DNA of 64,000 nucleotides from Octopus sinensis (Eukaryota): NCBI RefSeq assembly GCF_006345805.1, contig NC_043002.1, positions 96,658,001 to 96,722,000 of the forward strand, read 5' to 3'. Shown piece by piece: positions 54,170 to 64,000 of this stretch (position 1 is its first letter; each line of letters starts with the position of its first letter). The notes under the pieces were generated by a model. It saw only the letters and a program-made list of their open reading frames with translations, ran no database searches and was not told where the DNA came from. The position numbers and the translations under genes were made by a program.

Positions 54170-55010
54170 CATGTATATAAATATCGATGTTCGAGATGAT
54201 TACGCATACGAGCGCAGGCTGAAATGCTCATAGGCTGACTGTGAGGAAGTGATCCGGGAGCTGTGAAATCTTACATGCATCCATTTGAACGTTTCATAAT
54301 AATGATAATAATGAATCTAGTATTTTTTTTGTTGTTTTTTTATTTTTGAAGTAACGTATCATCTGATTATTCAAAGATTTCAAAAGTGAATAGCTGAGAC
54401 TTCTCTTGAATATGGAGAAAATTTAGTATCAAGTACCTGGAGAAAAAAGGGTTTAACTCCGAAAGATATTCACACTAACACGATTGCTACATTAGTGGAT
54501 GATGATGCAGTTTTATCATCTAACAGTGCAAAAGTGGGCAGTTGAATTGAGGAGGGGAAGACAGAATAGTAAAGATGATCCTGCAACTGCCACGACTGAC
54601 GAAAACATTGAACGTGTCCATCACATCCTGTTGGATAAATGGCGATTGGCTACAAATCAAATAACCAATGTTATTAGCATTTCCCATGAGAGATATGAGC
54701 ATATTCTCTACGATGGACTTGGCACGACGAAGTTCTCGGTGGGTGCCACGTTTTCTAAAACCTGATAAAAAACGCACCAGGCTCATACCATTACAGGAAA
54801 ACCTGATATTATTAGAGGCACATCTAGCTGGTTTCCTTAAACGTATCTTAACACAGGAATAGTATTGGGTTCAGTACTTGGAGTGACATAGATCGTGTCC
54901 ATCACATGCTGATGGATAAATGGCGATTGACTATAAATCAAATAGCCAATTCTATTTGCATTGATGTAAATTGATGATTCATACAGATATAAATAAAATT
55001 TTAAAATACT
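54170..55010 (+). mobile_element. Decayed mariner (paralogue of 1385-1915)
   Basis: ORFs 54499.. (VQKWAVELRRGRQNSKDDP...DENIERVHH) and 54668.. (SSRWVPRFLKPDKKRTR). Confidence 0.8.
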
Positions 55011-55602
55011 CACAAAAGCCCACTCTTTGAAACATACCTGCAAGACAACTTATAATTCAAGTTAAGCATTGAAATATGAGAATCGTTTATTCTATTGGTC
55101 TTTACCTCTAGGATTCATAACACCAGTTAACGAGTTTCTATAGCATTAAAATGACCAAGATCCCCATGAACAGGATGTCTATCCGTTACAGGTTTTAATG
55201 CGAGCAATTTTCGAGGAGAACCAACCAGTAATTTTTATCGACTCCAATATTTAACCGGTATCTTAATTTTTGACCTCGACGGGATGAAAGGTAAATTTGA
55301 ACTTAGCGGGATATAAGGTCAGAACGTAAAGATCCGGTAGAAATGCCGTTAAGAATTTTGTTCGACATGTTAACGATTCTATCATTTCAATCGAATCGTT
55401 AGTGCGCCTACCAAAAGGTTTTGCAGTATTCAGCTACATTTCTTTACGCAATGCGATCATATCCTACTGTGTTAGACATTACCTTTCGTCAGGTGAGTTC
55501 AATAAAGTAAGGATCCGCCTTTTACTGCGGTTGATATAACCGTCTGGTAGTTGGGGTACATTAATCTCACAGTTAACTCTGGTAGATGTTCAGTAATAAC
55601 AG

Positions 55603-55616
55603 TTACCGAACAAGAC
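55603..55616 (-). CDS. Gene C exon 4 coding part: (C)LVR-stop
   Basis: Follows a 109-nt intron; acceptor gcgatag|GT CTT GTT CGG TAA. The split codon T|GT is Cys, synonymous with TGC in gene A. Confidence 0.6.
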
Positions 55617-55725
55617 CTATCGCATTAAAAAAAAAGAAAAAATTCAAATATAAACCTTTGTTGATATTTTGATATTTCAACAAAGTAGTGAAGAGAGGAA
55701 ATGAAAGCTTTCTTTGTCAACTTAC

Positions 55726-55863
55726 ACACAGATAATACAATTATTTGCCATTGAATTACACCAATAAGCACGCAACTTTTCCAGGTGCAGATAGCTTCTT
55801 CCTTTACAAGCCATCTTTGTCCCTTTTTGCGACATTTATTCTCGTAGTAACATCCATGGCAAT
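55726..55863 (-). CDS. Gene C exon 3: DCHGCYYENKCRKKGQRWLVKEEAICTWKSCVLIGVIQWQIIVLSV
   Basis: Acceptor tttttatctag|AT, donor T|GTAAGT, 138 nt, phase 1-1. Lies inside ORF 55625..55888. Cys framework shared with 2229-2367. Confidence 0.75.
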
Positions 55864-56264
55864 CTAGATAAAAATAAATATATTTCAATATCTTCTAAGC
55901 AGTATTATATAGTGGAACTTTTCTAAGGTAGACCTATTATAAATTAGGAGAAAGTAAACTTGGTTCCCATAATGGGTATTATATAATGCTTAGATAATAA
56001 CTTTTGTTTTTCTTTTCCAAACAGTATATGACATTTTGTCGGATCAGTTACCTCTTTTTCCAGTCCTGTTTTGATAAAAAGAAAAACGTTTGAGGAGTAT
56101 ATTGATACAGTTACGTTATTCTACCCACGAAAGTGATTTAAGCAAAACAAAAGATATTGATGTGAAATGTTAAATCGCATAATGTACAGGAAACTCTGGT
56201 ATTCAGTTTTTGGTATAGGCGCTGTCTGCTAATTACAATTCGTGAACCCTAAAAGATAAAACTA

Positions 56265-56269
56265 ATAAC

Positions 56270-56316
<47 letters not shown>

Positions 56317-56470
56317 TAATAATAACAATAACAATAATAATAATAATAACAATAACAATAATAATAATTATAATAATAATATTAGTAATAATAATAATAA
56401 TAACAATAACAATAACGATAACAATTATAATAATAATAATAATGATAATAATAATAACAATAACAATAAC

Positions 56471-56525
<55 letters not shown>

Positions 56526-56550
56526 TAATAATAATAATAATAATAATAAG
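56265..56550. repeat. (TAA/CAA)n microsatellite followed by a probable LINE fragment
   Basis: Direct. The homologous site in gene A intron 2 carries the R4/Dong insertion at 2826. Confidence 0.85.
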
Positions 56551-57100
56551 AGAAATGTTGATGGAGCTGTGAAGGATGAGGAACAAGAACTTTATACAGT
56601 GAACCCTGATACTGTGGTGGTTGGACATGCAGGTTAAATGAACCAACTAGATAATGAATTGCTTGTAATTCAAAGACTGCTCACGGAGGAGATAACACAA
56701 ACAAAAAATCTTGTCCGAGCTATTGCTGAGGAGAAATCACAACTTAAGAAAACAAAAAATGGTGGAGCAAAAAACCGTGGTAGAAAAGATTGTAAGTGAC
56801 ATAATGCGGGCAATTTAAGATCTAGCAATGGTTAAGGGGAAACTGGAAAAATGGGAAAAAGATATATGTATATGTATTCTTTCTTTTATTCTTTTATTTG
56901 TTTCAGTCATTTGACTGCATCCATGCCTGCAGCACCGCCTTTAGCCGAGCAAATCGACTCGAGGCCTTATATATATATATATATATATATATATCGCGTA
57001 TGGTATTTATCGGAAAAACCAGTGGAAAATTGGATGCTTTTCGATCCCTATGAATGAAACTATTTTTTCTTGCATTGATTTCACACACACACACACACGC

Positions 57101-57163
<63 letters not shown>

Positions 57164-58348
57164 GTGTGTGTGTGTGTGTGTATGTGTGTGTGTGTGTGTG
57201 TGGTGTGTGTGTGTGTATAAACGCACATATATACATACATATATACATACGCACACATATGAGAGTAAGTATTCCGGAAACTCTATACACACATTGGTGA
57301 AACTGATCGACAAGCATGTCAAGATACTGAATTTTTTGTTTGTACAAATCATCGATCGCATACACATGTATAAGTGTGCGCGCATGTGTTCGCATGTGCA
57401 CGTGTGTGTACGTATGTATGTGTCTGTGAGTTTGATCGTATATAAAAAGAAGCATTGATGTCAGTGTATTTATAAGACCAGTATCACATAGACGAACTTG
57501 TAAAAATGAATGCGTACGTAAATGAAGGTAATTAATTGCTTTGTGGAGGTGCAATGACCCAGTGGACTTGCGGTCGGAGGATCGCGGTTTCGATTCCCAG
57601 ACCGGGCGTTGTGAGTGTTTATTGAGCGAAAACACCTAAAGCTCAACGAGGCTCCGGGAGATGGTTGTGGCGACCTCTGTTGTACTCTTTCGCCCCAACT
57701 TTCTCTCACTCTTTCTTTCTGTTTCTTGGGTAACGCTGCGATGAACTGGCGTCCCGTCCAGCTGGGGTGAACACATACGCATCAGCAACCGGGAAACCGG
57801 GCCCATGTGCCTGGCTAGGCTTGAAAAGGGCGCAGAAAAAATTATAAAAAATTAATTGCTTTACTGGACGAATTGATCAATTTTAACGGTTTCAATATAA
57901 ATGTATACATTTTGATGTTCAAACACAAAATTTGCTGATGAAGCAAATGTCTATTTATACGATTGCCTTATTGCCTTGTATTACAGGATTGTTAAACCCA
58001 GCAATCTAGGTGGCTCCTTTATAGCAGGTGACAAAGATGAATGATTCTTGTAATAACGAACAGAATTTGCAAGATGGAACGCAGCTGATTATCTAAGCAA
58101 ATTCTACCTGCACCCCCTCCATCTTATTTATCCCACTTTCCTCCTTTATCTTGTAGTCATATGATTATTTGGAACCACGCAGTTCGGAATCTTATGGATG
58201 ATCGCCATATTATATTTTCTATATACTGATTAGGTGATCTTTCAATATATTGTAAAGGAAGCTTTGCACACTGGATGGGAATATATTAATAGAAGACGAC
58301 ATATTTGAAATATATTGCAAGATTCGTCATAATTGAAGTAAATGAAAA

Positions 58349-58915
58349 TCTCTATATGTAAAGCTGAGGTTGTCTGTGTACGGCAGGTTTGGTAGCTTTC
58401 AACTAACACTATCCCCTCCGTGACCCTGCGGCGCAAGTTCACCAAAATTGAGAGTCTGATAGAAGAAGGCTTGCTCTTCCTTCCGTAGAAGAAAAAATTC
58501 AAATCGGACCATGTTAAAATCCCTATTTTTTACTATTTGTAAAGCTGAAGTTGTCTGTGTATGGCAGGTTTGGTAGCCTTCAACTAACACTATCTCCTCC
58601 GTGATCGTGCGGCGCAAGTTGACCAAAATTGAGAGTATGACAGGTTTGCTCTTCCTTCCGTAGAAGAAAAAATTCAATCGGACCATGTTAACACCAAAAA
58701 TTATTTACATCAAAAAGGTGATTTTTTTTTTAATGAAAATCCCTATTTTTTACGATTTTGTGACTGCTGTGTCGCCATTTTTCGAAGTATTTCAACCAGA
58801 AAAATGTTCACTTAAAGATAATAACCAGCTACATAATGCAAAATATTTTACTTTTCAAAAATTCCAATCCTAAAGGGTCGAAACAAACCCGAGCAACGCC
58901 GGGCGACACTGCTAG
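58349..58915 (+). mobile_element. Non-autonomous Helitron with internal tandem duplication
   Basis: A|TC start, hairpin and CTAG|T end; 58350-58530 is repeated at 58545-58740. Confidence 0.8.
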
Positions 58916-59310
58916 TAAACTATATATTAAAAATAATTTCCTATCTCGGAAATCATTGGATATTTTGCACATACAAGCAGCATATATACTTAGACCTGTA
59001 CGTATGTCTGTCTCGTTTGTATTTAATCACTTGAACTCTTCTTTTGGTATGTACGTATGCAGCTATCTGCATATGTATTTATATTCTTCTATTCTTTCAT
59101 TTGTTTTAGTCATCTGACTGCGGCCATACTGGTGCATCAGTTTAAAAGGTTTTAGTCGAAGTCATAGTCCCAGGACATTTTCTTTGTAAGTCTAGTACTT
59201 ATTTTATCGGTATCGTTTGTTGAACTTCTAAGTTACGGAGATGTGAACACAGCAATATCTGTTATCAACAGATGGTGGGGAGACAAACACATACACACAC
59301 ACATACACAC

Positions 59311-59449
<139 letters not shown>

Positions 59450-60274
59450 GACAGGCTTCTTTCATTTTCCGTCTCCAAATTCCACCACAGAAGGATTTGG
59501 TCAGCTCGAGGCTATAGTGGAAGACACTTGCCCATGGTGCCACGCAGTAGGACTGAACCCCAAACTATGTTGTTTGGAAGTAAGCTGTTTACTACACTGC
59601 CACGCCTGCACCTATAAGGAAAAGATTCAATAAGCCCCTTGTAATTACTGGCAAGGATTTAAAACGTCCACTTGTGTGTTATGTTAACACTTTAAACACC
59701 CTTAGGCCACACATATATCCACACAAAGATATACACTCCCATATATAAATGCATACATATATATATATTATTATATAAATATACATACATATATATATAC
59801 ATACATACATAATACATACATACATAAGATACGAAAAGGGACAACAAAACATCCAGATAGACGATGCAAAAAAATAACAAGAATGGGTCATTCGAAGCCT
59901 TTTATCCTCAGTCAAGAACCGGATCATCCTCGCAATTTCGGCTGATAAATCTCAAGATTGCTCCAATCTGGCTAGCCCCAATGAAAATCTAAGCTAAGAG
60001 CATTAGATTACTTGGAAAAAAGCATCGAATGTATACGGAAACAAGGACGGAAAACAGACGATGTTACACGAATATAATACCAATATATATGTATGTATGT
60101 ATGTATCTATGTATATATACATATTCTCAATTCGTGACAATGGAAATGAAATATCGGTAATTGTAACACAATCAAAACACGAAAAGATTGATTGAATAGA
60201 TGAAAAGATTTGGAGATTAGACAATTTCCAAAAGTTTAGTTATTCAGTATTTTCGTATATGATTGGAGACTTAC

Positions 60275-60352
60275 CGGGGTCATGTGGTTCACTTTGAGCT
60301 GTTACTGCTGTCAAAAACAAGAAGCAAAAAAGAAATAGTCGTGTCATAATCA
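60275..60352 (-). CDS. Gene C exon 2: signal-peptide-like exon (xDYDTTISFCFLFLTAVTAQSEPHDP)
   Basis: Acceptor tttctaaatttcag|, donor CCCG|GTAAGT, 78 nt. The hydrophobic frame ends in phase 1, matching the phase-1 start of exon 3. About 75% identical to gene A exon 2 over the first 56 nt. Confidence 0.65.
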
Positions 60353-60573
60353 TCTGAAATTAGAAATGTTATTTCAAGTGATCGAACTTATAACAGTTTT
60401 CTATTTTAATGAAAAAGAACAACACAAGATGATACAAGAGTGTGAGAATTTTATAGGTATCGACATGTGTGTGTCTGTGTTTGTGTGTGTGCGTGTATTT
60501 GTGTGTGCATGTGTGTATGTATGCGTGTGTGCATGTGTGTATGTATGCGTGTATATACGTTTATCGGCAATTG

Positions 60574-60604
<31 letters not shown>

Positions 60605-60611
60605 AAGTATA

Positions 60612-61020
60612 TATTAGGTTGTTCGGAAAATTCTGAGCGTTTTTTTTAATATACAATAAGGGATATATTTCATGAAACATACGTTTAGAAGCATCCGAGC
60701 CCCTACAAGTTCTCTAGTCGTCCTATTTGATTTTTCTTCGAATTTTGCTTTCAAAAGATTTTCGTTCACTTTCGAAGGTCTTCCACTGCGATTGTTATCT
60801 ACCAAGCTAAACTCTCCCGCTTTAAATTTTGTAAACCACCTTCGAACACTTGATTCACCTACAGCATCACCATAAACTTCACAAATGTTTTTGCAAGTTA
60901 TTTCAGCATTTTCTCCTTTTTCAAAAAAGAAAAGCATTACGACGCAAATCTTAGATAAATATAAGCGAGCAGGCCAACAGAAGAAAGAGTGGTGATAGAG
61001 TACAGCGTCATGGAGTCTTT
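60612..61020 (-). mobile_element. Mariner HTH fragment
   Basis: ORF 60614..61036 (FFFEKGENAE...VRRWFTKFKAGEFSLVDNNRSGRPSKV). One TIR at ~60613; the other end is interrupted by a SINE. Confidence 0.8.
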
Positions 61021-61249
61021 CGGTGTTTTCGCTCAATAAACACTCACAACGCCCGGTCTGGGAATCGAAACCGCGATCCTATGACCGCAAGTCCGCTGCC
61101 CTAACCACTGGGCCATTGCGCCTCCACTCTCTCTATATATTCATATGTGCACATGCATGTCCTTATATTTTAAGTATCAGCCCAATCGTGTTTATTTGTA
61201 TCACTAACTCCATATCAGCTCACCTAGATTCCTCTTATAGCCAATCTTA

Positions 61250-62090
61250 ACCCCATGAGAAGTACTTCGCAGTGTAAGTTCAAATAATTTGACCACTACA
61301 ACATATTTTCTATATTAACCATCTCTTGATAACACATTCTCTCTCTTTCTATATATATATATATATATTTTGCTTTTAGAAGCGTTGAGATGTATCGTAA
61401 GATACACGTGAGGAAATAATTTATTCTCAAACGCAGAATAATGCTGATAGAATAGCATAAAGTATCGATATTTTTGCGGAAAATTTGTCTGCAGCCAGCC
61501 ATGAGACACGAACTCGCATCACTGTGATTACCGGTCACGTACTTTACCAATTAAGCTAAACTGCCCACTGACAAATTAATTCGCAAGTTTTGAACTTATA
61601 AATCTAATTTATAAGACGCTGTATGTTATATTCAAATTATGATAAATATAACAGGGAAGTGAGTTCGGGTTTCGTGGCTGGCTGCTGACAAATTATTCCG
61701 CCAAAATACGGGTACTTTATTTTTGTTCCTGCTGTTCTGTCAGTATTATTCTGCGTTTGAGAATAAAGCATTTCCTTATCTGTATCTTACAATACATTTT
61801 AACGCTTCTAAAATCAAACTTTGTTTGCATTTATCTTGATTTTAATCTAATATATAGCACCTTGTAAGCTAGATTTATAAGTTCAAAGCATGTGGATCCA
61901 TTTGTCAGTTTAAGCAGCTTAGCTTAATTGGTAAAACGCTTGACCGGTAATCACAGGGATATGAGTTCTAGTCTCACGACTGGCTGCTGATAAATCTTTC
62001 GGCAAAAATATGGATACTTTATCTTGTTCCTGCTGTTCTATCAGCATTATTCTGCGTAAATTATTCCTTATCTGTATCTTATATATGCAT
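61250..62090. pseudogene. Degenerate tRNA-Thr(GGT)-like heads in an inverted plus tandem repeat
   Basis: 61490-61565 (-) and 61914-61987 (+): A box TAGCTTAATTGGTAAA, anticodon arm GTGA-CCGGTAA-TCAC, B box GAGTTC. Acceptor and T stems are mismatched. A partial third copy lies at ~61650-61830. Confidence 0.55.
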
Positions 62091-62571
62091 TTATAGGAAT
62101 GTGTGGGTGTACGTATGTCATTTTTCAATTTCATTTCAAGATATTTTGCCAGTAGGGAAAGAGCCAGTTTCTCACCTAGTTCCGGCCTCCTCCATTGGAA
62201 TTTGAACAATATCAACCGGGTATTTTTGTTTGTATGTATGTATGAATGTATGTATGTATATGTGTAGATTTGTATGTTTTGCTTTATGCATGTATTCTCA
62301 TGCATATACTTGTATATATAGAGATGTTCATATATATATAAATAAGACACATCTGGAAAGTTTTACTAATTTTTACAGTTCTAGTTATGGATTGGATCTG
62401 TATTATTTGAAGCAGCATTCTCCTTTCTGTATGTATGTATGTATGTATGTATTAATATATATATATATGTATGTATGTATGTATGTATTAATATATATAT
62501 ATATGTATGTATGTATGTATGTATTAATATATATATATATGTATGTATGTATGTAAAAAAGACAGATAGAC

Positions 62572-62602
<31 letters not shown>

Positions 62603-62603
62603 C

Positions 62604-62678
<75 letters not shown>

Positions 62679-62984
62679 CATTTATTAGGTATTGTAACCT
62701 CGTAACCTATCAAAGAATATTGCCAGAAAATTGAACATGATTATTTCTATGATCGTGTTCAACAAATGTACGAAATAGCAATAATAATCTTTTCTACTTT
62801 AGGTCGAAAGACTCAAATTATCGGGAAGGGGATTAGTTGATTACATCGACACCGGTATTTCACTGTTACTTAACTTATCGACCCCGAAAGGATTTAAGTC
62901 GAAGTCGATCTCGCTGGAATTTAAACTCATATCGTAACGACGGGCGAAATACCGCTAAGCATTTCGCCCAGCATCCTAACAATT

Positions 62985-63016
62985 CTTCTTCTTCTTCTTC
63001 TTCTTCTTCTTTTTCT

Positions 63017-63066
<50 letters not shown>

Positions 63067-63195
63067 TTCTTATTATTATTATTATTATTATTATTATTCT
63101 TTCTTCTTCTTCTTCTTCTTCTTCTTCTTCTTCTTCTTCTTCTCCTTCTTCTCTTTCTTCTTCGCTCTTTCTTCTTCTTCTTCTTCTTCTTATTC

Positions 63196-63227
<32 letters not shown>

Positions 63228-63245
63228 TCCTCTTCTTTTTCTTCT

Positions 63246-63276
<31 letters not shown>

Positions 63277-63330
63277 TTTTTCTTCTTCTTCTTCTTCTTC
63301 TTCTCATTATTATTATTATTATTATTATTG
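62985..63330. repeat. (TTC)n/(TTA)n compound microsatellite
   Basis: Direct; it explains the poly-S/F/Y and poly-R/E ORFs. Confidence 0.95.
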
Positions 63331-63924
63331 AGTGAGAGAGCAGTTCATACCATCAAAGTGACACTGGGGTAAAATATACGAAGCCCAATATACCCATCAT
63401 GACTAACCGTCTGATAAGAGTACACCAGGCACATGCATCACAACCATATGTGCGCGACATGGTGATCACATATCAAGATAAACAGCACATGACCTTGCAG
63501 GTGGGGTCCAGTTAGAATTTTCGTCAGGTTGAGTAGTCCATCCCGGTCAAAAGGTCCCTGAATAAGGGTTGTTTAAGGATGTTGAAAGAACAACCGTGTT
63601 TTAAGGTGAATTATTCAACCTCGAAGAATCCCTTCAACACAGCTATGATGCTCCCCCACTACTTCTACTCGTGATCAGAGATGCACATATCGTCAGCCAC
63701 TAAGGGACATGCTCAACTGGTTAAAGGTCAAACAACTGACAAGCAAATCTGTGGTGTTTGAGCAGAATATTTGCCGTAGCCCATCTTTTATACCAAGACA
63801 AAACAATGTACATGATAACACTTCCAATCAGTTAAGATCAGAAGCCATGAGAGCCACTGCCTGGTACTGCATCAGGGCATTAGGTACTGCATCAGGGCAT
63901 TTAGGTACTGCATCAGGGCAATTA

Positions 63925-63975
<51 letters not shown>

Positions 63976-64000
63976 TATTATTATTATTATTATTTTATCA

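Noticed and set aside
55450-55590. Apparently conserved ORF QL.DGYIN.SKRRIL.LLN after the stop in both paralogs
   Set aside because: It is preceded by in-frame stops and most differences are non-synonymous; best read as conserved 3' UTR.
56052-56065. Micro-exon candidates in intron 2 (GACTGGAAAAAGAG|gtaact in C; 2575-2587 in A) that could encode a dibasic site
   Set aside because: Exon 2 already joins exon 3 in frame in both paralogs, and inclusion of these would shift the frame.
56125-56250. Gap-free conserved segment after an acceptor-like ttttag in intron 2 (homologue ~2665-2790)
   Set aside because: Stops occur in the frames required by either paralog, and there is no shared ATG frame or donor. 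It is probably just homologous intron; a poison exon cannot be excluded.
63850-63920. Three ~20-bp GGTACTGCATCAGGGCA repeats; also the 46340-46610 repeats
   Set aside because: There are no unique spacers and the context is eukaryotic; these are simple tandem duplications of a repeat tail, not CRISPR.

Overview
This is AT-rich, repeat-dense eukaryotic DNA. The SINE families and microsatellite load point to an octopus (coleoid cephalopod) genome; that assignment is pattern recognition, not a database hit. Most of the window is decayed transposable elements (R4/Dong, CR1/L2, Penelope-like, mariner/maT, pogo/Tigger, hAT, Helitrons, tRNA-derived SINEs, MITEs) and microsatellites, and most ORF-track entries are low-complexity artefacts. 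Hidden among them on the minus strand is a small paralogous gene family that the ORF track does not resolve. Gene A has a TATA/Inr promoter with a non-coding exon 1 at 15132-15201 and exons at 11036-11112, 2229-2367 and 2114-2127. Gene C has exons at 60275-60352, 55726-55863 and 55603-55616. A third, orphan copy of the promoter plus exon 1 lies at 30835-30904. Both genes encode a signal-peptide-like segment followed by a ~55-aa, six-cysteine mature peptide ending CLVR*. The mature exon has diverged far more than the adjacent intron (59% vs 81% identity by hand alignment), a toxin/immune/reproductive-peptide pattern. Intron 2 changed phase between the paralogs through compensating splice shifts. 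In both paralogs the conserved Kozak-context ATG is one base out of frame with the peptide, with a shared CTTTTTGC run at the switch point. Possible explanations are an unseen upstream coding exon, a sequence error, or recoding.
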